From Geosiphon pyriformis uo1 (lineage: Eukaryota > Fungi > Glomeromycota): a stretch of DNA of 64,000 nt. The notes beneath the pieces were generated by a model, which was given only the letters and a program-made list of their open reading frames with translations, made no database searches and was not told the DNA's origin. The stretch spans positions 331,820-395,819 of the forward strand of contig JAAOMT010000109.1 in the NCBI GenBank assembly GCA_016748015.1, given 5' to 3'. This document shows positions 37,501 to 50,800 of this stretch, piece by piece (position 1 is the first letter of the stretch; the number at the start of each line of letters is the position of its first letter). Made by a program: the position numbers and the translations under genes.

Positions 37501-39065
37501 TAATTCTTGAAATAACTTCTTAGCTGGTATAATTTGCATTTTTTTGGGATATGACCTGTTTTTGGGTGGTCTTGTAACCAATGTTTTTCATTTCCATGCA
37601 GTACCTCTTTGTTTCTTGTTTTTGGTGGTTTTAGATATCTCAAATGTGTTTCTTCATTTTGGTAGTATGAAATTGTTTTTGTTAAGCAGCTTTGCAACTG
37701 TACTGGTGCAATTTTTGAGTGGAAAACATTTAAGCAGTAAAAAAAATTGGACCCATGTGGTCTGGTTCCTGATTGGTTTGAGCATTTTCTTTATTTTCTT
37801 AGTAATAATACTTCTGTTTCTATTAATTTTTTTCTTTCTCTGGGTGTTGAGTCTTCAAATATTCTTAAGTCTTATAAGTTCAAGGTCATTTGTGACTATT
37901 TGTCAAGTGTTAATACTGGTTGTTTTTTTGTCTATACAAATGGATTTCTTATTAATTTGGAGAATTTTGACATGAAGACTAGAACTGCAGTTTTTTTTAA
38001 GAATGTTGGTTTGGGTTTGGGTGTTAGAGTTTTTGGTTTGGTGTCTTCCATTATGACAGAGCTGCAGGCTATTGTATTGGTGCTTAAGTGCATACTTTCT
38101 TCCAGTTTAGTTCAAGTTTTCTTGGATAGTTAATCTGCTTTGGCTGTTTGCAAATTAGAATTGGGCTTGTTGTGTCCTGATTTCTGGAATTAGTGTTGGA
38201 TTAAATGCCATTATATTGTGAGTCTTATTCATGTTAAAAATTTGAATGTCAGTTAGATTAAAGTGAAAAATCATTTAGGTGTTTCAAGCAATGAATGTGC
38301 CAATACTCTTACTAAGACTGCTTTTTTCTCTAATTAGTATCTTTTTTATTAAATTAATAAGTGTTGTGTTGTGGCTAGTAGCAATATTGTTTCTAGAAAT
38401 TCTAGAAATTTTGTTCATAATATTTTTTAATCTATTTACTGTGTGTACTGGGAGGCTGGCTCTGGTTTTTAGGTGGTAAAGACTAGTCTACAAGCTAATA
38501 TTGATTGGTTTAGATTATCTCTGGTGTAGTATCCTAATTCTCATTTGGCAGTTGGTTTCACTAGTAAATTTACAGCTGATATTGACATATATTTTATAAA
38601 AGCTCTGCATTATCGGCTTTTAGTTGCTGTCTATAAGTGTTTGTACAACAAACATTATTCAAGTGTAGTGTATTTGTTTTGTAATAATATTAAGGTCTCG
38701 GATCATGCTTTCTCTTGCTCATTTGACTTTGATGCTTGTGCTCAACTACTAAACATTTATGCAACTGACTGGAGAAAACTTTTTGGTCTTTCTCTTTTAT
38801 CTTTTTGTGTGTTGCAACTTCTGTTTTCATGTGCTTCTGACATCATAATGTGTGCAGTTTTATATAAGAGTTTTATTCTTAATAATTGGTATTAAGAGTC
38901 TTTTGCTGTTTTCAAGGATTTTAAAACTGCAGATCAGATAATTGTAGATTTTGTGCACAGATTTTGCTTTGCCTTCCAGAACAAAGTCTGGTTAGTCCAT
39001 ACTAAGTACTGGGCTTTTATAAAAAATAATGAACTAATCCCACTAGATGAGTTCATTTTGGTTTT
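34527..39065 (+). pseudogene. LINE-2 ORF2 (APE-RT-RNase H)
   Basis: Fragments 35099-35284, 35847-36250, 36476-36901, 36944-37243, 37747-38133 and 38545-38895 are colinear with LINE-1 ORF2. Confidence 0.88.
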
Positions 39066-40396
39066 TTTACTACTCAACTGTTTCTTAAGACCAGAAAATT
39101 TCATATTACCAAAAAACCCAACACAATAGTTTAAAAAAATCTTTACTAATACCAATTTTTTTAATTTTCTAACAGAAAACCAAAGCAATTACTCTAATAA
39201 CAATAAAAATGTTTTTTAATTTACAGAAGAAAAAACTACTGAAAAAGAAAATACAAAAGACATAGCAACTATTTATATTACAAAAATTACTAAATTTACA
39301 GAAAAAAATACTAACACCAGTCTATAAAAGTGACTTAACAAAGTTCAGAAAGCAGAAAATACAAATAGATAGAATGCAGTAAGAATATTAAAAACAATTT
39401 CATATTTTCTCTAAGAAACAGCAGAAAAATAATTTGAAAACTTGGCCAAACTTTCGAAAACTGATAAGCATTCAAAGATGCTTTTTTAAAACAATTTACT
39501 AACAATAACATTTTTATTATTCTTTAAAATTACTTTCATAATATCAAACAAAAATCATCTAAAACTATTATAACCTATCTTGGAAGATTTAATAAACATT
39601 TCTGATGAATTTAACAAATAGAAACCAATAACTATTACTCCAATGTCCAGATTTTAAATCAGTTTATTGCAAGATTAAAAAACAAACTTATTAAAAAAGT
39701 TCAATTACATGCTTTAACAAATCTAGCCACTGCCATTTAACATGCTAAGGCCTATAAAATAGCAATAAAAAAAGCTAATTACACCAAACTTGTGAATCTT
39801 GCAATTAGAAAAACTAGTTTAACATTTAAAAAAAAGATTAATCAATTAAACAAGAAAGTCAAAAATTATTTTACTAATCAATAACAGTAACAACAATAAA
39901 AATATTAATCATCTCAACAATGCAATCAGAATAGCTACACATTATTACTGAACAATCAATTTCAAAGCTATCACTATTATAGAATTTTCAGACACTAGAA
40001 ACAAGATTGCCAAAAATACAACAAAATCAACAACAACAGAATAATTAACACTATTTTTAATCTTAACAATCTCATTACCAATTTTTACTATGAACTTATT
40101 ATTCATCAAGATCTCAATATCAAAACAGTTATTACTAATTTGTTTTACAATTCATTCAACAGCAGTATTAACAACTATTTGCTCAGTAATATCAAATATT
40201 TGTTCGAAAATTGATTTAACAAGATCAATTGTCATCACAAAATTAGTTTTTTAACAATAATAAATTTAATTCCAACAACTAATTAATTTTTCAACAACCA
40301 GTTCAGCAAAGATTTATATATTATTACACTCAACCCAATTACTTTACAATGCCAGAAAAATCAGATTTTCAACAAATTGCACTTTTTAAAAGTAAC
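39066..40396 (+). mobile_element. Gag fragment of another Gypsy family (Gypsy-4), no LTR in view
   Basis: Degenerate translation (IATIYITKITKFT...LNKVQKAE...ILKTISYFL*ETAEK*FENL...QILNQFIARLK) is homologous to the capsid regions at 29783-30120 and 48780-49260, followed by a Q/N-rich tract. Confidence 0.7.
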
Positions 40397-43300
40397 ACTA
40401 CATAGAAATTTAGGAATTCTTAATAAAAATATAAAGTAACTAATTAGAGATAGACATAATAAAAAAAGAATTTCAGGATTTTTTTTAAGGAATTATAAAA
40501 TTCCAAAAATTTCAGAATTCCTCTTAAAGAATTACAAGATTCCAGAAATTTCAAAATTTCTGGCTAAAAAAATTAAAAGAATTCAAAAAATTTTGTATAA
40601 TATTAATTATGTATATATAGTGAGAATATTAAAAACAGAAAAAATAAAATTTAATACAAAATTAATACCAACAATTAATTAAATTACCCAATATTCTTCT
40701 CTTTAAAAAATGGTTTTTTACAATTTAAAGTAGAATTAAATCACATATTAATAAATATCAATTATTTCTTAAATTAATATTAGCATTATTTGATTAAAAA
40801 ATAGTAATCATTTTCACTCTATTAACATTTTATATTAATAGAATCTAATACTTAACTATATTAAATCAATAGCTTTTAATTATGACTATTGACAGAATAC
40901 TAATTTCTTATTTTTTTTCTTATTTTTCTTTTATTTTATTTTTATTTTGTTTCATTTTTTTGTTGTTTACTAATTAATTAAAAAATTAATATGCAGAGTT
41001 ATTAACATCAAAAAAAACTGGTAAAAGATTCATAAAACAAGGATAGAAACTCAGAAATTAAGGATAGATTACCAAAAAAAACCAGTTATTAAGCTGAAAA
41101 AAAAATTCATAGAATAAACTTCCAGGAAGATATTAAAACAATCATTGAATCTCTGTTTATTATATAAAAAACTCAACCAAAATCTTTAGATCATAAAAAC
41201 CTTCAGAATTACCAATATCATTAAGCTATTTAATACCAAGTTATGAGTTTGTTATTTGTTCCAACATTTCAAATAATTACTTGTAATATTTAGTGCTTCT
41301 TATAAGATATAATTCAACAAGAAACCAATACCAACAACAATTGTCTAAAACAGTAACAAAATCAGAAGAAATAGAGACAAACTACTTGGGATTTGTAAAA
41401 GTTTTATTCCAATACTATTAAACTTACCTTGAATTGACAAGTAAACATTGACCAACAGAAACAATTTTCAATTTTTACATTAATAAAAAGATTAAATCTC
41501 ATTTAAAAGACCAAAAAAATCTAGAAGCAGTACTTAACAATATCTATAGTAAATTACTCTAAAGCACTATGTATCTATAAAATTATTTGTTTGCTTCAAT
41601 AATCACAAAAATTAACAAGAAAATTAAAAAGCACATCTAACAGAAATTTTTTATTATTTTTGCAGACAACAAAAATGAAAAATTATAAATATCAACAGAA
41701 ACACCAAAAAAATACAACCACTTACATAGAAAAAACCAAGAGTAGTTTTATTTATTTATTTGTTATACTATTATACACTAGAAAGTACCATCCAAATAAT
41801 ATCAACTATAACCATAGTAAAAATACTATTGTTTAGAATACTGTTTTAAAATAATTAAAAAAAAGCCAAATTATTAGAAACTTATGACAAGTTCTTTGAA
41901 GGATTTAAATTACAATCAACAACTTTATTAAGACTTCAATTACTACTATCCCAATCAGATTTTAGAGCCACTAGTCCTTAGAAAAGAACTGACTCAGAAA
42001 AAAAAAAAACAACAATCAGAAAATTCATAATTTAAATCTGATCTCAGAAAACCCAAAAATACAAACTCCAATTGTTCTAACTCAACATTCTCCAAACAAT
42101 CTAAACTCTGCTTCTATTGTTTTTTAAAACATATCTCCAGTAATCGTAATTAATCTACCAGTTGTACCAATTACTGCTATTTAACTACAACTATAACAAC
42201 AGCAACTTGCATTAATGATATATACATTAATTGCCAAATTCGAAAAATTTATTGATGAAAAAAATAATGCTCAAACATAAGTAAATAATATAACAAAAGC
42301 CATTGTGGCTAATAAATAGAGTAGTGCCAAAGTCTTATAAGCCATCCTATATTTTTTACAGGATACTGCTAATTTAGGGTATTAGAGTTTGGTCAACAAA
42401 TCTATAACTTTCAATGTATTTAAAATTAAATTTTTAAGATACTTTAGTAATAATAACAACATTAATTGCTTGAAAATTGTCTTTACTACTATTAAACAGA
42501 GTGACATAAAAGCAGTTACTACTTACTTAAGACACTTTCATAAAAATTTGTACCAAATACAAGCAATTAACATGAATTATTTTACAGTAACACAAATTCT
42601 AAACCAATTTATTCATAGTCTGTATAGTAGTCTTCTATAATATATATGTTTATTATATTTACAAATACTCTAAAATACAGTTATATACACCTAAGATTTT
42701 CAATTGGCCAAGCTAAAAGCCAATTATGTTCAAGTTGTTAATCTAATAATAAATGAATCATTTGACTTGAACTCCAAGTTAAAACAATTCAGTAATTTTA
42801 TTAACCAAAAATTAGAGAGATACTTAACTATAATTAAGCAATATATTAATCTCTAAAATATTATGACAATTCAAAAAACTTTAATTGATTCTAAAATCAG
42901 TTGTGTTTCTCATTTTTATCAACCAATTAATTATGATAGCAAGAAACACATATTTGCCACAATTGTAATAAACAAGGCCATCTAAAAGCTGATTTTTATG
43001 TCAGAATTAATAATTAACAATAGGGAAATTAATATTAAAACTCTAATTGCCAGTTTTAAACTCCAAACTATAATCCAAATATAAACTATTTTTAATCTTA
43101 TTATACCTATTTGATGCAATTACCAATATATACATCTTTACTTTATTAAACTTTAATTTTAGTTATCTATTAATCACAACAACCATAAATAATTTATTAA
43201 ACTTTACCAATTTCAGCACTGCTATACAACTTAGCTTAAATATTATTTGAAAGTCAAAAACTGAGAATTATATAATTATATACCAGCTAATTTTCATTTT

Positions 43301-46300
43301 ATTTTAACTACTATCAGAATTATGTCTAAAAAATTTAGAAACTGGGTACATTTAGAACTTAAATTTACAAAACTATTTAAGTTTTTTAGTTACTCCAGTA
43401 AACAATACATCCAACAATTTGAAAACCAACCAACAAATACTTATTAACAACATTCTATCAACAATTGTTATAAAAAATAAATTATTTGCAGCCATATTTT
43501 TTTTTAAATTAGAAACTTTATCAGAAATACTATTATTTAGCAAAGTCACTTTCAATGTTAAAACAATTACTGTTATATATACAAATGCTTAAGTTTATAA
43601 CTATTCTATTAAACTAATTCTTAATAGTAGTTTAACTAATAGCATTATTATATGACAACTTATGAACCAATTAAATTGCTGAGTTAATTATACTGCCAGC
43701 ACCAGAATTATTACTGCTAATAGAGTAATAAAAATACTCATTAGTAAGATTGATGACTTTTTATTTAAAGTTAATAGCATTATGACACCTATCAAAATTC
43801 TCATAATAAAAGTCATACAATATCAAGCTTTTTTTGGTAATAACTGGCTGTTTAAAACCAATATTATGCTTAATTAAAATACCTAAGAGCTATAGCTTAG
43901 TTAAAATAGTTTGTAAATTTGAGTACCTGCTATTTGTGGTCATTTTAAACCAATTGCCATATATCTCTTAATAAAATTTGAAAAAGAAGAAAAAAAACCT
44001 ACTTGAGAAATCTATCAAATTTCATGAACTGAAAAAGAACACAATATATTACCACTTATATTTACTTGGGAAGAAAAGAAAAAAGAGAAAAAAAAATGAA
44101 CAATTCCAAATTATCACATTCACTTATACTCTATATATTACTACACCCTAAAAACAAACAAATTATTATTGATCCAAGCTTATATGTGTTAATTGTGGCA
44201 AAAAATTGTCAACAATGGGTGTATGTTATGACAATAATAAGAAATGGCCAATAGCAACTAAATATTATTGTTACTTATAAGTTTTTGAATGCTTTAGATA
44301 ACCCAAATAACAAAAAAAGTAGGGCAATAAATTTTGTCTTACATGTAAAACAATTTTTTTTGACAAAAAAATGTGGAACAACATTTCTAGGTAAAAAAAA
44401 ACATACAATGAATTATGTTAATATACAATTCTAATCAACAACTGGATACAAAAAAAAATTCTAATTAATGTTGTTTAAAAACAAACACTGAAATAATTAG
44501 AAGGTTATTTACATAACAAATACAAAATTTAGAAAATGGCAAATGCTAAAGTTAAAGATACTTTACTCAGTAAAATACTAAAAATCAAAAATAATCCACT
44601 AATTTTTTTTAAATCCAAATTTGTCCAAATTTTTAATGTTTTTAACAATATTATAAACAATTTAAAACAATTCTATAAACACTACCAAAACCTAATACTA
44701 ACTAAAAAAATACAAGAGCAAAAACTAAAACAACTAAATATGAGGCTGTATAAATATTGCCTAATTTTCAGTGATTTCAAATATTGTGATAATTTTAACT
44801 TTATTTACAATCTACTATCATGCATAATTTATTTGATTCCTGAGGAAAAAGAACCAATCAGCAAATGTACACTAAAATTAAATTCAAAAATCAATTATAA
44901 TTCAGATTCTGATAATAATAATAATAATAATAATAATAATTTTAATTCTGTTCACTATAGCAATAACAATAACAATTCAAATTTTAGTTACAACTCTGAA
45001 CAATATATTGTGCTTTCAAATTTGTCAATAAAGCAGAAACTAAAATGATTCAACAATAATAATGAAAATATTATGCCAAAACATACACATAATATCAATG
45101 TAGAATTTAATTTTAGATATCCAAAAAAAACTGCCATTAGATTGAAACCTTATTTGTATATCAGTATAAATCTAAATATAGCATTAGAAATTTCAACAAC
45201 AACAATAATTCAACTAGCTTTTAAATTTAGTTTAGCAAAAAAAGAGATTAACATCAGAAAAGAAATAATTAATACAGAATATATAAGAAATATTATTGCA
45301 ATACTACAAACCAATTCAAAAAAAAAATATACTATTAAACCAAATAAAAAAATAGTACAGACAATATTTTTGCTTTTAGTTAAAATAACTTAATTAGTTT
45401 TAATAAGAAAAAGAGAAAAATTAGGAATTATGGCAAAAGGAATAAGTAAATTCGAATCTACAAGTAGAATAGATATACCAATCAATATGGTAAAGAAAAA
45501 AACTATTGATAAAGAAAAAATTATTTCTATTTATCAATCAATTTTAATTCTATTATATAATTAATACACATTAGTTATAGAAAAAAAATAAAGAATTAGT
45601 CTCAAATTTTTGAAGTAGAAATTACCATTTGTGAATCAGAAAAAATTAGAATTACCAATCTTTATATACCAGCCAAAAACTATAAACACATTAAAACTCC
45701 AATATACAATACAACTAAAAACTTCATAGAAATATTAAATAGAACTATTATTGGATATTTAGATGCTGAAGTTAAAAATCAAGCACCCACTACTATTTCA
45801 AACTTTCTATAGCTATGTGAATATATAGACATCACATTACAAACAATCTATGAATAAGAAGAATAATATTTGTTGCAACCAAAACAATTAGAACAAATGA
45901 ACTTAAAGAATTTAGACCCACTTTAACAGATACAACTCAAAATACTACTCAACAATTTCATTGACATTTTTTTCAGCAAAAATAAATTTGGCAGAACTGA
46001 TATTATTTAGCATTAAATTAAGACTGAAGATATGATGTTAATTAAACAAAAAGCATACAAAATATTATCAGCCAGCCTTAAAATTATTAGACAGAAAATT
46101 AACAAAATGTTGAACAGTGATTACTAATAAGTAGCCATGAAACCAGAAGATAAAAAGAAAACCACATTTATAACCAGAAAAAAGAATTTTAAATTTGATG
46201 TTATATTTTTTGACTTAACTAATGTTCCAGTCATCTTTCAATAATTTATAAAAATTGTCTATACTAGACTACTATAAAAATCAGTAGTAGCCTATTTAAA

Positions 46301-46991
46301 TAACACTAATGTGTTCTTAAAAACATTCAACAATTATCTTTATCATCTTCAACAAGTGTTTTAAAAATTAAGAAAAGCTGAATTAAAGTTGAATGCAACC
46401 AAATACTTCTTTAATAAAACAGAACTCAAGTTTTTGAAACATGTTGTAAGCAAAAACAGCATAAAAACAGATTCAGATAAAATTAAAATAGTCAAAAACT
46501 TTCTAGTATCAATTAATTTAATAGAACTAAGAGTATTCTTGGAATTTGTTAAATACTATTGTTGTTTTATCCAAAACTTCTCCAAATTGGCTTAATCACT
46601 TCATTAGCTTTAATTCAAAAATATCAAATATGAATAGATGAAAATACAACAAAAAGCTGTTGATATTTTAAGAAAAAAGCTCATTCAAGTACCAGTACTA
46701 ATCTATTCAAATCATATTAAATCATTCATTATTATTATGAATATATCAAGTTAAGTATTAAAAGCAGTATTAACATAAAAAAAAGCAAATAGACAAGAAC
46801 TTTTAGTGGCATATGCTAGCAAAAGTTTAAATCCAAATAAAAAGAACTATAGAACTTCAGCATTAGAATACTTGGCTATCTATTAAAGTATTATTAAATA
46901 AAAGAAATATTTAAGTCAAAAGTTTAATATATATATTGATTACAAAGGATTAACATTAATTTAAAAGCAAAAATTTAAAAATAATCACCAT
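40397..46991 (+). mobile_element. Old Gypsy element (Gypsy-3), 5' LTR to RNase H; host of Gypsy-2
   Basis: LTR is ~40397-41288 (start approximate, ends GTAATA), then a degenerate PBS TTTAGTGCTTCTTATAAG. Gag, knuckle (~42955), protease (~43615), Cys-rich region, dUTPase (45073-45460), RT with an internal deletion near 46118, and RNase H follow. Confidence 0.85.
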
Positions 46992-47815
46992 TGTTACTCA
47001 TAGAATATAGGAAATATATATTAGCATAAATTAGCCAATCAAAAATAACCATAGTAAATGTGGAATTTCAGGATTTTTCTTAAGAGGAATTAGAGAATTC
47101 CAGGAATTTCAAGATTTTTGTATAAGGAATTGCAGGATTCCTGGTGTAAAAAATTGAGAAATCAAAGAATCTCAATTATGTATATATAGTAGTAGTGTTA
47201 AAAAGAAAAAAAAGAGCAGAATTTTTTAGTTAAAAACTTCTCAGTTAATATTTGATCTAAGCAACCTTTCAAATCACAAATATCAATAAATAATTATTTA
47301 CTATCTCCAATTTCACTTTTTGCTATCAACACTTCATGTTGATAACAAGTAATACTTAACCACACTAAAACAATAGCTCTTGATCATGGTTATTGATGGA
47401 ATACTAACTTGCAAATTGTCTTGGCTTATTTTCTTTATTTTTTTTGTTTTCTTTTCTTTATTTCATTTCTGTGATTTTATTATTGTGTACTAATTAATTG
47501 AAAGAAAATAACGCACAGAGTACTGACATCAAAGTGACTGGTAAAAGACCCAGAAATAAGAGTAGAACACTCAATTAAAGATAGCTTAGCAGGAGGATTA
47601 CCAGCCATTACACTGAGAAAAAAATTGACAAAACTGCAGTTTTGGGAAGCTATGGATAATATTATCAGTTAAATCTCTGTCTATTATACAAAAAACTTCA
47701 CAACAACACCTTTAGGTCAATATTACTTTCAGAAACCACCATCATCATTCAATCAATTAAGCACCAAGTTACAGATTGTTATTTGATTTGAGATCCCAAA
47801 TAATCACTTGTAACA
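46992..47815 (+). repeat. 5' LTR of Gypsy-2
   Basis: 824 bp with TG...CA termini. Contains a GGAATTCCAGGATT-type array (47060-47142) and a TATATATA box (~47181). Confidence 0.95.
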
Positions 47816-47817
47816 TT

Positions 47818-47834
47818 TGGTGCTTTCTGTAAGA
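47818..47834 (+). other. Primer-binding site of Gypsy-2
   Basis: TGGTGCTTTCTGTAAGA lies 2 nt after the LTR. A less mutated homologue, TGGTGCTCTCTGTGAGG, is at 58166-58182. Confidence 0.8.
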
Positions 47835-47877
47835 TATAATCCTACAGAGAACCAGCACTAACAACCCTATCCAAACA

Positions 47878-50800
47878 GTGGCAGAATCTGAAGAAATAGA
47901 AACAAACCATTTAGGATTTGCAAAATCCTTATTTCAACATTATCACACTCATCTCAGATTAACAAATAATAGTTGGCCAACAGAATCAGCTTTCAATTGC
48001 TACGTCAATAAAAAAATAGTATATCACTTGAGAGGCCAAGGAAATCCAGAATCCACCTTCAACAACTTCTTCAGTGAATTGCTCCAAAGCACTATTCTTC
48101 CACAAAACTATCTATTTGCACCCCTAATTACAGAAAAAAACCAGGAAATTGAAAAATACACCAAACAGAAATTTTCTATCACTTTTGTTAACAAAAGTAA
48201 AAGAAGATTACAAACACCAACAAGAACACCAAAGCAAATCCAACTACCCACTTGGAAGAAATAAAAATTTGATTCATCTGCTAATCTATCATATTACTAC
48301 ACACCCAGAAGTACTATTAATATAATAAGTACAGTTACAGTAAGTATGACAACACCACTAAACAGAATCTTATTCCAAAGTAAACAAAAAAAAGCAGAGT
48401 TATTAGGAACATACAGTGATTATTTTGAGAGATTTAAATTACAATCCCAAATGTCATCAGAAATTCAATTACCACTATCACAACCAGATTTTGGAGCCAT
48501 TAGTCTTTGAGAAATAACTGATTCCAAGGAAGAGAAGAGTAGCAATCAAGAAGTTAATAAGCAAAACCCAATCCTAAAAAATTTAGAAATTAAAACTCTG
48601 GTTAATCAAACTCCAAAAAATCAGAACAATTGAAACTCTGACATAATTAATTAACAAAACTTATCTCCAATAATCGAAATCAATTTACCATTCATCCCAC
48701 CAATCGCCAAACAGCAATAACAGCTACAACTACTATCCCAACAACAAATTCAGCAGCAACCACAACAACAACCAATAACTTATGCTCCAATTGCCAAAAT
48801 AAAAAAATTTATTGGCAAAGAGGACAATGCCCAAATATGGCTCAATAATGTGAAAAAAGCCATTGCAGTCAATAGATGGAACAACAACAAAGCCCTTCAA
48901 GCAATTCCCTATTTTTTACAGGATATCACCAACTCATGGTATCAGAGTTTAGTCACTAAATCTCAAACATACCAGGAATTTAAAATTGCATTTTTAGAAT
49001 ATTTTAGTAACAATAACAGTATTAATTGCCTAGCCAATACCTTTACTACAATTAAACAGGGAGAAACTGAAGCAGTTATTACTTACTTGGAACACTTCCA
49101 CAGGAACTTGTGCCAAATTCAAGCAATTCAAGCTGACTATTTTATAGTACCACAGATACTAAATCAGTTTATCTGTGAACTGTGCAGTAGTTTTTTTCAA
49201 TGCATATGCCCAATGCACCTACAAACTCTCTAAGATACAGTTACCAATACAAAAAATTTTGAATTGGCAGAACTTAAAGCAAACTATGCCCAAGCTGTTA
49301 ACCTAGTCATGAATAGATCATTTGACTTGAATTCCAAATTGAAACAACTCAGTGATTCAATTAATCAGAAATTAGAAGAATACTTAGCTGACAATTGCAC
49401 AATTTATCAACCACCACAATGACGCAATAACTCAAGAAACAAGAATTGTTTCCAAAATTAGTTGTGTCTATTATCATCATTATTATTGTCAAATCAGCCA
49501 TGACAACAAGAAATGCATGTCTGCCATAATTGTGGTAAACAAGGCCACATTAGAGCCAACTGCTAATTTTATAATAATAACCCATGATTGGGAAATCAAT
49601 ATTGAAACTCTAATCATTGGTTTCAAGCTCTGAATTATCAATCTAACCTAGCACCATATCAACCAAATTACCTACCTATGACACAACAGCCAATCTATCA
49701 ACCACCAATTTATTAACCAACAACCTCTGTTATTTATCAACTGCAGTTTTAACCCATCTATTAGCCACAGCTTTAGGTAATTTATTAGCCTCAATAAATT
49801 TAAACACCACCATAAAACTTACCTCAAAATGGAACCCAAAAGCCAAGACTAACACAACAAAGCTGGAGATCATTGATGGTAATCCATCAACTGATCTCCA
49901 GTTCCTCCATGCAACTATCAGGATCTTAACAACAGAATTCAGGCACTAGGTACACCCAAAACCCGAATTCTTAGAACTATTTAAGTCTCTTGGTCACTCC
50001 AGAAGATGCCACATTTACTAAACTGGAAACCAACCAAAAGCCACTTACCAGCAATATCCTACCAGCAACTATCTTCAATAATAGATTCTTAGCAGCTATT
50101 TTTTCTTTTGAACTAAAAGAACCAGTTGAAATGTTGCTATTCAATAAAGCCATCCTAAAATCAAAATTCATTACTGCAATATATACTGATGCTAAAGTTG
50201 ATGATCAGCACATTAAACTAATCTTTGATAGTGGATCAGCTGGCAGCATCATTACATGACAATTTATGGACCAATTAGGTTGCTGAGTTGATCGCGCTAC
50301 CAGTGTGTGCATAATTACTGCTAATAAAGTGACCAAAACTCCAATTGGTAAAATAGACAACTTTTTATTTAAAGTCAACAACATTATAATACCAATTAAG
50401 GTATTGGTAATAGAAACAATTCAGTATTAGACTCTTGTTGAAAATGACTGGCTGTTAAAAGCCAATGCCATGCTTGACTGGAACACCCAAGAACTGTAAC
50501 TCAGTCAGAACAGCTATCACACACGCATGCCAGCTACCTGTGGTTACTTTAAAACCACTTTTGACAACAAACCCCTCATTGAATTAGAAGAAGAAAAAAA
50601 AAAACCTACTTAGAAAATGTATTAAGTCTCCTGGGCCAATACTGAACACAACAAGCTATCACTAGTATTTTTATGAAACAATATAGGAAAAGATAAGAAA
50701 GAGGACATGGAAGAAGAAAACACAACAACCAAAAAAATAACTAGTAGCTGGGAGAGATTCTACTCACACAAGCCACTAAAACAACTACCATATATTCTAT

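Larger units (their letters stand above)
32595..39065 (+). mobile_element. LINE-2 of this window, same group as LINE-1, 3' end missing
   Basis: 5' region is similar to 21790-21935 (reverse complement). ORF1 is ~32736-34530. ORF2 starts at 34527 with APE (CNVRGMN), RT (FVDNTIW), RNase H (VYTNG, ELQAI, FLDS) and a degenerate C-terminal knuckle. It stops about 50 codons short of the end and has no tail. Confidence 0.9.

Noticed and set aside
37544-37975. Hydrophobic ORFs resembling membrane proteins (also 38279-38479 and 59057-59248)
   Set aside because: These are alternative or antisense frames of T-rich LINE ORF2 or of the CAA repeat.
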